Positions 17,596 through 26,332 are shown, counted from the stretch's first letter. The stretch: 54,445 nucleotides of DNA from a virus (IMGVR_UViG_3300011116_000620:1-54445), one strand, 5' to 3'. Translations and numbers: made by a program. The notes: a model not told the origin generated them from the letters alone.

Positions 17596-17667
17596 TTATT
17601 TGTTAAGTGTGATTCCGAAAACGAACAGGTTGGTCAAAACGATTGCGATAAGAATCAATAAGATCAT
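17596..17667 (-). CDS. 23-aa hydrophobic peptide
   Basis: AAGGAGG SD; MILLILIAIVLTNLFVFGITLNK exactly fills the gap. Confidence 0.5.
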   Translation of the reverse strand: MILLILIAIVLTNLFVFGITLNK

Positions 17668-17679
17668 GGTTCCTCCTTT

Positions 17680-18045
17680 CTACCAGAATTTCCTACCAAG
17701 TAGGGCTTCGTAGTCGTTGTTAATCCCGATGGGCAAGTAGTCGTCCTCTGGCCGTTTGGCTTCAATATCCTTTAGTTCTGCCGAGGTGAATTGTGCGCTG
17801 AGTGGGATAGTCGCCACCAACTCGCCCTCTTTATAGCTTGTCGTGATGGTGCTGTACTCGCTGGTTTTTAGCTCCACCCCGACATATGCCTTCCCGCCCT
17901 CTTGCCAGTTAGTCTTAACCGTCTCGCCACGATAGGTGATATTTACCACCTTGGAGAGCCGACCATAAGGATTGAGTGCCAGATCCCCTACCTTGAGATT
18001 CTCGACATACTGCCGACTTGGTTTGAATCGTAGTGCGTAGTTCAT
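17680..18045 (-). CDS. Hypothetical protein
   Basis: ATGA-coupled 121-aa ORF. Confidence 0.65.
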   Translation of the reverse strand: MNYALRFKPSRQYVENLKVGDLALNPYGRLSKVVNITYRGETVKTNWQEGGKAYVGVELKTSEYSTITTSYKEGELVATIPLSAQFTSAELKDIEAKRPEDDYLPIGINNDYEALLGRKFW

Positions 18046-18242
18046 TTTTTTATTCCTTTCTGATGGATTTCTAAATCAATTCTTAATTGCTCTGTTTTGG
18101 CATAGATTTCGAAAGCTATGTCCTTGAATTTTTTTGGAATGCGTGACCTTTCCAGAGAGCTATATGCTCCATGTAAATCAGACTCCGCATTCTGAAGGGA
18201 ATAAAGTCCGTTTATTAAAGACTGGCTTTTTTTGCTGTTCAT
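18042..18242 (-). CDS. Hypothetical protein
   Basis: GGAGG SD. Confidence 0.6.
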   Translation of the reverse strand: MNSKKSQSLINGLYSLQNAESDLHGAYSSLERSRIPKKFKDIAFEIYAKTEQLRIDLEIHQKGIKK

Positions 18243-18593
18243 TTATATCACCTCCGAATAGTTGCCGAACTCGTAACTCCGAAATGCGTGAGCTTGATAG
18301 GCCACACTACCGACCTCAATGCAGTACACATCGCTTACCTCGCCCTTGATGCTGACCTTGCCAGCCCGACTGAATACCCGCCGAACAGTGTAGGTATCGT
18401 TTCCAGCGAGATCCACAGTCACCGAGTAGCCATTACTGACAGGCAGGGTGATTCCAGTCTCACGGCGAATAATCCGACCACCAGAGATGGCAAGGATGTT
18501 TCCAAGCCCGATCTGCTGAACGAGCGTTTGAGCGTCACAAGGCACGAATTGATCATTCACTTTGCTACCTCCGTTGTTGGTTGTTTCATTCAT
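18243..18593 (-). CDS. Hypothetical early protein (ILAISGGR)
   Basis: Behind a repeated promoter; alternative GTG start after an internal SD. Confidence 0.7.
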   Translation of the reverse strand: MNETTNNGGSKVNDQFVPCDAQTLVQQIGLGNILAISGGRIIRRETGITLPVSNGYSVTVDLAGNDTYTVRRVFSRAGKVSIKGEVSDVYCIEVGSVAYQAHAFRSYEFGNYSEVI

Positions 18594-18853
18594 TACGCTG
18601 ACCACTCTACAGGATTCGAACCTGCTTGGCAAGCTTTATTTTCATTTAATTTTGCCTCAAGCCGAATTAGGATGTGATCCCGCACCTGCTGGAAAGCGTG
18701 GGGAATATGACCCAGCTTATTGTGAAGGGACTCGATTGCTTGAGCGATAATCAAGTCCTCGCTGGTTCCAAAATGCTTGGCAAGGAGAACTGCGTTCTCG
18801 GTATGCAAGTTGTCATTTTCGTTTTGTTTGTATTTTGCATAGATGTTGTTCAT
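18593..18853 (-). CDS. Hypothetical early protein
   Basis: GAGG SD, ATG at 18853. Confidence 0.65.
   Translation of the reverse strand: MNNIYAKYKQNENDNLHTENAVLLAKHFGTSEDLIIAQAIESLHNKLGHIPHAFQQVRDHILIRLEAKLNENKACQAGSNPVEWSA
18604..18632 (-). promoter_or_regulatory. Repeated promoter TTGCCA-N17-TAGAGT
   Basis: 17-bp spacer AGCAGGTTCGAATCCTG. Confidence 0.85.
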
Positions 18854-18878
18854 GTTGGTTCCTCGCTTTCTTGGTTGT

Positions 18879-18907
18879 ACTCTATCAGATGCTAAACTGA
18901 TTGGCAA
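18879..18907 (-). promoter_or_regulatory. Repeated promoter TTGCCA-N17-TAGAGT
   Basis: 17-bp spacer containing GCATCTG. Confidence 0.85.
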
Positions 18908-19131
18908 GCTTTATAATGGTTTTCAATAGCACATGAATTAAGTTTGAATAAATTTTGTGTCACATGAAAACGAATAAGTCCTTTTTTTGCTAAAGCACTA
19001 AGAGGTTTTGTTTCGCTTGCGATTATCCGATACGGATGCCAAGCAAGCGGTTTTTTCGATGCCAAATCAATTATTCTTTGTTCCTCGTTACTCAATTTAA
19101 TCTCTCCTTGGTTGATTGTTTGGTCATTCAT
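18892..19131 (-). CDS. Hypothetical early protein
   Basis: Behind a repeated promoter. Confidence 0.6.
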   Translation of the reverse strand: MNDQTINQGEIKLSNEEQRIIDLASKKPLAWHPYRIIASETKPLSALAKKGLIRFHVTQNLFKLNSCAIENHYKACQSV

Positions 19132-19140
19132 TACGCTGTG

Positions 19141-19169
19141 ACTCTACCAGATGCCTACCCGCTTGGCAA
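19141..19169 (-). promoter_or_regulatory. Repeated promoter TTGCCA-N17-TAGAGT
   Basis: 17-bp spacer containing GCATCTG. Confidence 0.85.
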
Positions 19170-19213
19170 GAACTATTTTTATCTTTTTTTAGGGGGCTGT
19201 TTTCAGAGGGGAA

Positions 19214-19639
19214 TCAGTCTTTAACCACCCACACCGAAGCGTATTTGTGGGAGTCTGCGAAACGATCTGCCGAGGATTTTTTGACGAAAAAAACATCAAT
19301 CACTGGAAGCTTTCCCCTCGATGCGGTTCTTTCGATCACCGCCGTTCCTGTGTCGTGAACCTGTCTAATTCCCACCCCTTCGATCATTATTTTTGTGCCG
19401 TAGTCGAATATCCGAGGATCACAGGCAACGCTGATTCCCTCCTTGAGAGTGTATCCAGATGACGATTGCAACCTCCGTGTCCAGTAGTCTTCGCCTCGAT
19501 GGTAGGTTGTGAGCCGTACCTTGATTTTTTTTGGTTCAGCCGTTTTTGATTGTCCAGTCGAAGTCGAAGGAATCCCAAGGTTTCCGAAACTCGTCACGAC
19601 CAGTGTATTCACTAGAAGTGCAATTAAGCACTTCCGCAT
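19214..19639 (-). CDS. 3D-domain (MltA-like lytic transglycosylase) protein with signal peptide
   Basis: VACDPRIFDYGTKI..HDTGTAV..IDVFF; hydrophobic N-terminus. Confidence 0.8.
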   Translation of the reverse strand: MRKCLIALLVNTLVVTSFGNLGIPSTSTGQSKTAEPKKIKVRLTTYHRGEDYWTRRLQSSSGYTLKEGISVACDPRIFDYGTKIMIEGVGIRQVHDTGTAVIERTASRGKLPVIDVFFVKKSSADRFADSHKYASVWVVKD

Positions 19640-19955
19640 AGTTGCCCCATAAAGCCGTGAAGCCATGCCAGAGATGGGGCGGGATGGTAAGGGTTTGTTT
19701 TTTGTGTTCACTTAAAATATACGACCAGCTTAGATTGCGGTCTGGGCAGTGAATGCCAACTAAAATCGTGCCTTTTATACAACAAAACCTGTCAACTTGG
19801 AACTTGTGCAGATGCCATGCCTTGATGATATTCGGAGCTACCCCAGTTACATAAACCTGTTTGATTTCACCGTCTTGCGACTTCCGTGCTATTTCGTATA
19901 GCATTCCCCTTCCGTCTAGGTTCAGCTTTTTTTCCTCAAAATAAGGATCGCTCAT
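19536..19955 (-). CDS. rmlC: dTDP-4-dehydrorhamnose 3,5-epimerase family cupin
   Basis: DGRG.LYE, KAWHLH, IPP.LWHGF. Confidence 0.75.
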   Translation of the reverse strand: MSDPYFEEKKLNLDGRGMLYEIARKSQDGEIKQVYVTGVAPNIIKAWHLHKFQVDRFCCIKGTILVGIHCPDRNLSWSYILSEHKKQTLTIPPHLWHGFTALWGNYAEVLNCTSSEYTGRDEFRKPWDSFDFDWTIKNG

Positions 19956-20260
19956 TTCTTTGCCTTTTTACAATACTTGATGCCGTATTCAATCCCCTTC
20001 ACGAATGCCCAGTTCAAAAGTGCTTTTTCGTCTTTTAGGATATCCCGACTAGCCATCTTTAACAGTGCTTGCTTTACTTGTTCTGGAATATCAACATCCA
20101 GTTCGATCATTTTGACTTCTCGTTCTGCGAGTATCTTGATAGTCGGGAGACTTTGTTTAGAAGTCTTTTTGACGGATGCTGTACCCCAAGCTTTCCCGCC
20201 CATTTTGACTCGTTTGATTGCTCTTTTGATTTCTTCTTTTTTTTGCTCACTCTTCTTCAC
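19952..20260 (-). CDS. Hypothetical protein
   Basis: Coupled ORF. Confidence 0.55.
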   Translation of the reverse strand: MKKSEQKKEEIKRAIKRVKMGGKAWGTASVKKTSKQSLPTIKILAEREVKMIELDVDIPEQVKQALLKMASRDILKDEKALLNWAFVKGIEYGIKYCKKAKK

Positions 20261-20465
20261 CTTCTGTGTCCTCCTGTGGTTCTGGGATGTATCCCCACTT
20301 GTTTATGCGCTTATTGGCCTTTATAGCCGTTTCCTCGATGAATGATGGGTCAACTGCTTGACCTTCCTCAGTCTTCGCTTCTAGCACCCTTGTGGCTCCA
20401 TTTTGACAGGCTAATTTGGCAAAGTACCGCTTGCCAGACTGCGTGAACCAAATATTTGTGGTCAT
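20247..20465 (-). CDS. Hypothetical protein
   Basis: ATGA-coupled ORF. Confidence 0.55.
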   Translation of the reverse strand: MTTNIWFTQSGKRYFAKLACQNGATRVLEAKTEEGQAVDPSFIEETAIKANKRINKWGYIPEPQEDTEGEEE

Positions 20466-20767
20466 CGGCTGATCATGTATCCGTTCTCATATGCCCACTT
20501 TGGATTCTGATGGATTTTGTGATGGCATTCAAAGCATACCGACAAGAAGTATTCGTCTTGCGTAAGTCTGTCTCCGAATCTCCCAATCCGATGATGCACT
20601 TGGCTTGCCATCTTTGATTTGCAAACTTGGCATACTGGATTATTTCCAAGAAACTTTTCACGAACCTTTTTATAGTTTGCATTCTGCTTTGATCTTTTCT
20701 TTGAGACTGGGCGAAGCCGTCCCCCTCGTTTTAGTGGGGTTTTCCTTTTGAGTGGTGTACGTTTCAT
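20462..20767 (-). CDS. HNH endonuclease
   Basis: MKRTPLKRK, CQVC..HH..CFECHHKIH. Confidence 0.8.
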   Translation of the reverse strand: MKRTPLKRKTPLKRGGRLRPVSKKRSKQNANYKKVREKFLGNNPVCQVCKSKMASQVHHRIGRFGDRLTQDEYFLSVCFECHHKIHQNPKWAYENGYMISR

Positions 20768-20916
20768 TTCCTGCAAATTAACCCATAAAAAATCAAGAAT
20801 GTTGCACCTATCCAACCCAAGGGTTTCTCATTAAAACAAGAAACTATAACCACAAAACCAAAGCAAAGATTACAAATAAATCTCCATACTAAATCTAGGC
20901 TATATTTTCGATTCAT
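20764..20916 (-). CDS. Small membrane protein (50 aa)
   Basis: ATGA overlaps at both ends; two hydrophobic segments. Confidence 0.5.
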   Translation of the reverse strand: MNRKYSLDLVWRFICNLCFGFVVIVSCFNEKPLGWIGATFLIFYGLICRK

Positions 20917-20990
20917 TGTTTGTCGATAAACGAAAGAATGAAATAAAGAACCGTAAATCCAAGCAAAATTATCAAGAAGCATTCGTTCAT
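20913..20990 (-). CDS. 25-aa hydrophobic peptide
   Basis: ATGA overlaps at both ends; MNECFLIILLGFTVLYFILSFIDKQ. Confidence 0.45.
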   Translation of the reverse strand: MNECFLIILLGFTVLYFILSFIDKQ

Positions 20991-21220
20991 TTTCGTCTTT
21001 TGGATACCTCCTTAAAGTAATCCTCCCAAGCCTTGCAAGCCTTGAGTCCTTCTGCCTTGTCGGTGAATTCCCATTTAAATTCTGGAGGTGTGCCACCAAA
21101 GGCGAACCTTGGCCCCATAGGGCTGATGGTTGATCCAGTATCCACCACAAGGTTCCAGCACCCTTCGTCCTGCTCCAAAAACACCTTATAGTTTGTTATA
21201 AATTTCGACAATAGGCTCAA
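20987..21220 (-). CDS. Hypothetical protein
   Basis: 77-aa coupled ORF. Confidence 0.55.
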   Translation of the reverse strand: MSLLSKFITNYKVFLEQDEGCWNLVVDTGSTISPMGPRFAFGGTPPEFKWEFTDKAEGLKACKAWEDYFKEVSKRRK

Positions 21221-21809
21221 GGTCTTTTTTGATCAGTTGCTTCCGTTCATCCGACCATTTATCCAAGGGCATCTTTCTGGATTCTTGCTTTAGCCAGCGG
21301 ATACCCTCTTGGCTCCATGCCACCAGATTAAACGCACTGGAAACATTCTCATCCTCGATCTCGTTATATTCAGCAAGACTTTTCCGCATATTGATGCGAA
21401 GCTCGGAAACAGTCCACTCGTTGTCATTTGCCTTTTGTAGCCATTCCTTTTGTTCGTCAACGTCCAAGGCCGCAACCTCACGATGATGCGACCATGAAAG
21501 CGTTTGGAATCGGTTTTGCGCTGGAACTTTTGAAGAAACAAAATTACAGGCTTTTAGGTAGTCTTGGCGGTGCTTGGTAACTGCCTCTGCTTGGCTGTAT
21601 TTCTGGCCGTAAGTATGCTCTCCGAACACCAGCCAGTCCCCGATCCACCAGTTAAGCGATGACTCCATTCCAGTAAGCACTTTCCCGACATCGAGCCATT
21701 TTTCGATTGTATGCTTTCCCTCGATGACCAGTTCCATCGGCTTGAATTGAAAGCCGTCCAGAGCCAGCCCCATCGGTTGAGTGATTGTGATTTCGTTGTT
21801 ATTTTTCAT
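21186..21809 (-). CDS. LmbU-like DNA-binding protein
   Basis: WWIGDWL..GE..YG.KY; LSWSHHREVA; WTV.ELR. Confidence 0.7.
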   Translation of the reverse strand: MKNNNEITITQPMGLALDGFQFKPMELVIEGKHTIEKWLDVGKVLTGMESSLNWWIGDWLVFGEHTYGQKYSQAEAVTKHRQDYLKACNFVSSKVPAQNRFQTLSWSHHREVAALDVDEQKEWLQKANDNEWTVSELRINMRKSLAEYNEIEDENVSSAFNLVAWSQEGIRWLKQESRKMPLDKWSDERKQLIKKDLEPIVEIYNKL

Positions 21810-22323
21810 TTTTTATTTTCCTATGGTTAGCGAGTCGATATGATTCCCTTGATAATTGAGATTTCATAAGTCTCGGCGGTGGTAAGTCAAGCTTTTCGCA
21901 AAGCTGAACTAGCTGTTTGTCCAAAGCCTGTTTAGAAACTCCATACTTTTTAGCCAGATCCGTAAGAGTAATTCCCTGCCGTAATCGCAAGCCAGTAGCA
22001 CAGGCATATAGATCGGCTGTTTTTCTTGGGTTGGATGAGTCCACAATGTTACTGATGACTTGGGCAATCGTTTCCCAGATTCTTTCCGATAGTTGATTTT
22101 CGACATATTGCTGTAGGGCTTCTTGAACGGATGTAGTCGTATTGGTGTTAAGTATTGCTGACAGGTAGATTTTCTCCACAACCCTACGAAACTCTCCAAT
22201 GGTTGTCGGTAAAGGTTGGTTGAAACTAGCAATCGCTTCACGGATCAAGTCCTCGAAAGTATCAATATCCCTTGATGGATCGTCATAGTAGCTTGCAGAC
22301 GGAGAATCCGCTGGGTCATCCAT
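21799..22323 (-). CDS. HTH transcription regulator (sigma region 4-like)
   Basis: GITLTDLAKKYGVSKQALDKQL. Confidence 0.6.
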   Translation of the reverse strand: MDDPADSPSASYYDDPSRDIDTFEDLIREAIASFNQPLPTTIGEFRRVVEKIYLSAILNTNTTTSVQEALQQYVENQLSERIWETIAQVISNIVDSSNPRKTADLYACATGLRLRQGITLTDLAKKYGVSKQALDKQLVQLCEKLDLPPPRLMKSQLSRESYRLANHRKIKNEK

Positions 22324-22371
22324 AGGGCTAGTTGATATACAACCCCTAGTACGACTTGTCCATATATTTTG

Positions 22372-23103
22372 TTATTCATAAGGACAGCCAGCATCGTTCC
22401 AAGCATATCGATCCTTGAAGCCCAACCGCTTCCATGCTGGATCACTTGCATTTGCCGATTTTACTTCAGCTTTTTTAGCTGTAGGCAAAACCAAATTTCC
22501 CTCGCATTTGTTCAGCCAGTTTGTGATGAATCTTAGCGTCATGCGTCTGTTTGGCTTGGTTGCCAGCCATGCCCTCATTTTGCGTAGCTCATCATCAACT
22601 TTTACGCCTCGCTTCTTATGCTCATCAAGAACTAGCTGAAGCTTGTCTTGATCAGTCTTAGGTGGTTCTATATGCTTATTATTGTTATTACTAATACTAT
22701 TGCTATTGCTACATACATCGTTTGGACAGTAGCTAGACACTAGCTCTTCTAAACGACTGTCAGCCTTGGCTTTACGCCAATCGGCCTTTTTTGACTCTTC
22801 TCTAATCATTCGTCTTGAGAATACAATTCCGTCTTGTGTCCTTCCATAAACACCAGCTTCGACTAACTCTCGGTCAAGTGCCGTAACCTCATCCGTAGTC
22901 AGATGGAGCTTGCGCTGGATCTGTTCCCTAGAGATGGGGCTAGAGTCTGCGTTGAGCAAGTAGCCTCGCCGTGGGCTGTTGTGCATGATCAGTAGAAGCT
23001 CAAACCAAAATCCCCTAGCCGATATGGACAAGTGATGTGTGTCACTTGCCCAATCGGAGGGAAAGAATTTTAGATAAGGCAGTTTCAACCGATGTGAGGC
23101 CAA
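22372..23103 (-). CDS. Replication initiator (DUF1376/YdaU-like)
   Basis: YLKFFPSDW..DT..LS...RG...ELL; C-terminal FITNWL. Confidence 0.75.
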   Translation of the reverse strand: MASHRLKLPYLKFFPSDWASDTHHLSISARGFWFELLLIMHNSPRRGYLLNADSSPISREQIQRKLHLTTDEVTALDRELVEAGVYGRTQDGIVFSRRMIREESKKADWRKAKADSRLEELVSSYCPNDVCSNSNSISNNNNKHIEPPKTDQDKLQLVLDEHKKRGVKVDDELRKMRAWLATKPNRRMTLRFITNWLNKCEGNLVLPTAKKAEVKSANASDPAWKRLGFKDRYAWNDAGCPYE

Positions 23104-23876
23104 TATTTATTAGCCCACTGCCAGTATGCCAGAATTCCCAAGAATGCTGGTTTTGCCTTTTCCAACTCCGATTCCTCCCACTTGTGGAACTTGATTTGCA
23201 AGTCCTCGGTGGAGCTGAACAGAAGATTTCCACATGAGACATTCTCGCCCAGAGCCAGCCTGTAGGCTGAAAGCTGTAGGCAATAACTATCCCAAGGCTT
23301 TAACTCTTTGCCCTTGGGATCAGAAGTTTTCAAATCCAACAGGCAACGTTCTCCTGTCTTGGTTCCATCCTTCAGAACGCACAGGGTATCAAATCGTCCA
23401 GCGAAGCCATACTCCTTGCAAAGTACGACTGATTCAGACTTTTCGATTGATAGAATATTTTCCGACTTCCACTCCAGAAGCATCTCGATCCGTTTTTTGT
23501 CCAGATCATCACGCTCCTCAAGCTTGATGGTATCAAGATCCTCCCATAGCGAGTGGATATGTGTACCCTTTTCCATCGCAAGTCGGCTTTTCTCGTTTGC
23601 GTCCTCATCGACCCTTCCAATGAATTGATCATCGGTTTCGCCCCTAGCTCTTGGAAGAGTCAGAAGAGCAAGGGCAAATTGCCCCCGCTTGTAGTTTTCC
23701 AAGCCGTAATTTTTGGATGCAGACATAGCCGTTGTGACTGATGGGAATGCCTTGCACGGTCTAGCCATCCGTAGCCCTCCCTCTACTGCATTTCCGTACT
23801 CATCGTAGAAGTGACCAAACCCCTGATGTTTTTGTGTTGGTATAATCGTAGCCATTTTAGAATGCCTCCTGTTCAC
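23085..23876 (-). CDS. PD-(D/E)xK exonuclease (recombination partner of ERF)
   Basis: PSVTT, GTHIH, FAGRFD, LDLKTS, QLSAY. Confidence 0.85.
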   Translation of the reverse strand: MNRRHSKMATIIPTQKHQGFGHFYDEYGNAVEGGLRMARPCKAFPSVTTAMSASKNYGLENYKRGQFALALLTLPRARGETDDQFIGRVDEDANEKSRLAMEKGTHIHSLWEDLDTIKLEERDDLDKKRIEMLLEWKSENILSIEKSESVVLCKEYGFAGRFDTLCVLKDGTKTGERCLLDLKTSDPKGKELKPWDSYCLQLSAYRLALGENVSCGNLLFSSTEDLQIKFHKWEESELEKAKPAFLGILAYWQWANKYWPHIG

Positions 23877-24591
23877 TTATGTCTTGAACATCGCCCATAG
23901 CCATATCAAGTGCGTCCCGAAGTTGCTGTGAAGCATCATCGATTTTACCCTTGTAAGGCTGGGGATTCCATTCCTTGATCCACCAATTTAGGCTTTTTGG
24001 AGCCAAATCGCCCAAGGCAGTGCCTTTGTTCTTCCCGAAGTGTATGACCACCTTTCGCCAGTCTTGAACGTTTCCAGAGCCATTCTGGAGCGATTTTTCG
24101 GCATTTCCTGTGGTAGTGTGATTATGATCTGGCTGTTCAAGCTCGATCTTGGGTGCTGGCTTGGCCTTTACTATTGGCTGTGTCTGTCCCCTGCCCATCG
24201 CCATTTCGCCGTCATCATCCTCCTCTGCCACCAAACCGACAATAGATGCCAGTGCATACCGCCGAGCGTAAGTGATGGCTGACCCGATTGCTTGCGGATC
24301 ATTCTTAATGGGATTGACTGGATATAGCCCCCGAACCCATTGTCCCGAACTATGAAGAAGCGTAGTGACCAACGCCGTCTGTCCGTTGATGATCGTAGTG
24401 GGTTGAGTCACCACAAGATCATTTGCCAAAAGAGCAGATTTACAGGCATCCACCACCGAGCCAAAGTCTGCGTACTTCGACTTGAAGAATGGATTGTCAT
24501 TCTGCTTTTTCGCCGTCTTCATCTTATCCCAAGCACCGATCAGTGCCTTGGAGATCAGATCCGTCTTTTCCGACTGTAACTGCATTTCCAT
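23857..24591 (-). CDS. erf: ERF-family single-strand annealing protein
   Basis: NPFFKSKYAD, HSSGQW, GSAITYARRYAL, EDDDG; C-terminal HFGKNKG domain. Confidence 0.92.
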   Translation of the reverse strand: MEMQLQSEKTDLISKALIGAWDKMKTAKKQNDNPFFKSKYADFGSVVDACKSALLANDLVVTQPTTIINGQTALVTTLLHSSGQWVRGLYPVNPIKNDPQAIGSAITYARRYALASIVGLVAEEDDDGEMAMGRGQTQPIVKAKPAPKIELEQPDHNHTTTGNAEKSLQNGSGNVQDWRKVVIHFGKNKGTALGDLAPKSLNWWIKEWNPQPYKGKIDDASQQLRDALDMAMGDVQDISEQEAF

Positions 24592-24601
24592 ATTTTCTCC
24601 T

Positions 24602-24910
24602 TTATTTTATTGCCTTCAATATTCTTTGCTTACGACCAGATTTTCCGACCTTCCTTTCGCCAGTATCCACAATGTAGCCTTTCCTGATAAGTGCCGAGAA
24701 TCTTGGAGTGACGCTGTTCCATCTCATTCCAAGTGCTTCTACAACCTCATCAGCAGTGCAACCACTAGGGAATCGAGCGATGGCATCAAGAACAATCTTT
24801 TCCATGCTCTGCGTATCGACAGCATAGGCAGAGTCCTTGGAGGTATCTGGATCAAATCTCCGATGAAGCTTTTTGGCTTCAGTGCCGAAGTCCAGTTCAA
24901 GATTAACCAT
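24602..24910 (-). CDS. Winged-helix DNA-binding protein
   Basis: DPDTS..A; GCTADEV; PRFSAL.RKG; SGRKQR. Confidence 0.65.
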   Translation of the reverse strand: MVNLELDFGTEAKKLHRRFDPDTSKDSAYAVDTQSMEKIVLDAIARFPSGCTADEVVEALGMRWNSVTPRFSALIRKGYIVDTGERKVGKSGRKQRILKAIK

Positions 24911-25052
24911 TTGCTTTCTGTGCCTCGAAGTAACGCTTCCAGCGTAGCCGTGCGTTTAGCCTGTTGGCCTTGGTTTTTGCATCTGACTTTTTGCTTCCAC
25001 CCTTTTTACCGATGGAAGACATATATTTTCTGATGAGTGTGGTTGGTTCCAT
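24903..25052 (-). CDS. Small basic KGG-motif protein (49 aa)
   Basis: AAGGAGG SD; YMSSIGKKGGSKKS. Confidence 0.6.
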   Translation of the reverse strand: MEPTTLIRKYMSSIGKKGGSKKSDAKTKANRLNARLRWKRYFEAQKANG

Positions 25053-25061
25053 ATTGCCTCC

Positions 25062-25268
25062 TTATGCCGAGCCGTTTCTAGCTTGGCAAGCGTTTAATTT
25101 ATCAATCTCAGCCGTTGCATTCGACACGACCTTGCAGAGAAGATCCTCTCCTTCGTGAATGGCTCTGGCGACATTAACGAATTGCTCCCGAAGGATTTTG
25201 TTCTCCTGTTTCAGCCGATGGTTTTCTTCCTGTAGATTCAACTCAAACTGCTCTGCCTCGAATCTCAT
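25062..25268 (-). CDS. Hypothetical coiled-coil protein
   Basis: AGGAGG SD; ATGA overlap. Confidence 0.6.
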   Translation of the reverse strand: MRFEAEQFELNLQEENHRLKQENKILREQFVNVARAIHEGEDLLCKVVSNATAEIDKLNACQARNGSA

Positions 25269-25552
25269 ATGTTCCTCCTATGTTTAATGGTTGTGCATTT
25301 GACCTCATCCAAGAGATCAAAAAGATGATTCCAACTGGCATCAGTGACAGGCATTCTCTCGAATGACTCCATCGCAGAAAACCAGCAAGCCTCAATACCC
25401 CATAAAAGACCCTCCATGATCTTCTCTCCTTTTGGGGTAGGGATTGCCGACTCTTTCCCTAGCATGGTAAGATCCGAAATCATACCCTGCGTAATAGGCG
25501 AGCGAGTCTTTTTCTTTGATTTGTTCTTCTGTTTTGTCGAGTTCATATTCAA
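25265..25552 (-). CDS. Hypothetical protein
   Basis: Coupled ORF; upstream GGAGG. Confidence 0.55.
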   Translation of the reverse strand: MNMNSTKQKNKSKKKTRSPITQGMISDLTMLGKESAIPTPKGEKIMEGLLWGIEACWFSAMESFERMPVTDASWNHLFDLLDEVKCTTIKHRRNI

Positions 25553-25665
25553 GATCCCAACACCTCCTTCCTATGTAGTAACCGAGGCCAAAAGCCTGTC
25601 TTTCATCCTCGGTTGATTTAAGTGATCCAAAGCCTTCTCCAACTGGGCATGGTTTGTACGGATGT

Positions 25666-25986
25666 TTATTCGCATCGTTCTTCTGCTGTTTCATGCGTCT
25701 TTTCGTAGATGGCTTCATGGGCAGATTCAACCATTTTATCTGGAGGGTTTTCTATCTCGTTACCATCCTCATCGTAGATCGACATATCGATTTCCATTTC
25801 GGATGATTCGGATAGCCAAGCCTCACGATGATCGTGACAGCGTTGACCCCAATATTCGTATGCTCCTATGCCGACTCCCTCAAGATAAACTTGATGGGTT
25901 GCGGTTCCTGTTGCGCTGTATTTTCTGCCGTCATAGTGAAACTTGATATCGTCAAATTCCACTTCTTGTGTATATGGTTCAGACAT
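25666..25986 (-). CDS. Acidic hypothetical protein
   Basis: AAGGAGG SD; behind a degenerate TTGCCA promoter (26032-26037). Confidence 0.65.
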   Translation of the reverse strand: MSEPYTQEVEFDDIKFHYDGRKYSATGTATHQVYLEGVGIGAYEYWGQRCHDHREAWLSESSEMEIDMSIYDEDGNEIENPPDKMVESAHEAIYEKTHETAEERCE

Positions 25987-26047
25987 TGTTTCCTCCTTGG
26001 TTGAGATGCCTTATGGCTCTACGATGCAGATTGGCAAGTAGAATTTT

Positions 26048-26278
26048 TTAGATTACTCCCGCAACCTTTAGAATCTTTTTCCCAAGCCTTCCGTCTGTGT
26101 TGATTTTAATATAACGATCTACAAATTGAGCCAAGGGATGATTGCTTGTAAGATCAAATTGTGGTCTTATCCCAATAATTCTTAAATACCCTCCACACTT
26201 GTCTCGCTTAACCGTATAATTCCTTCCGTTAAATGTAACATCAATCTCTAGGCTTTTGTCGGTTTGATCGTTGTTCAT
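26048..26278 (-). CDS. Hypothetical early protein
   Basis: GAGG SD; behind a repeated promoter. Confidence 0.6.
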   Translation of the reverse strand: MNNDQTDKSLEIDVTFNGRNYTVKRDKCGGYLRIIGIRPQFDLTSNHPLAQFVDRYIKINTDGRLGKKILKVAGVI

Positions 26279-26303
26279 CGTGGTTTCCTCTCTTTCTGTA
26301 ATA

Positions 26304-26332
26304 ATACTAGCAGATGCTAGGCGGGTTGGCAA
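26304..26332 (-). promoter_or_regulatory. Repeated promoter TTGCCA-N17-TAGTAT
   Basis: 17-bp spacer containing GCATCTG. Confidence 0.85.

Noticed and set aside
17900-18045. VENLKVGDLALNPYGRLSKV resembles an intein/Hint N-terminal block
   Set aside because: No N-terminal Cys/Ser, no TxxH and no terminal HN
18610-18626. CAGGTTCGAATCCTG looks like a tRNA T-arm or attP core
   Set aside because: No acceptor, D or anticodon arms around it; it is the spacer of a repeated promoter, and no integrase was found
16753-19169. Repeated motifs as a CRISPR array or integron attC sites
   Set aside because: The repeats are degenerate, irregularly spaced, separated by whole genes and fit -35/-10 geometry; no cas or integrase gene
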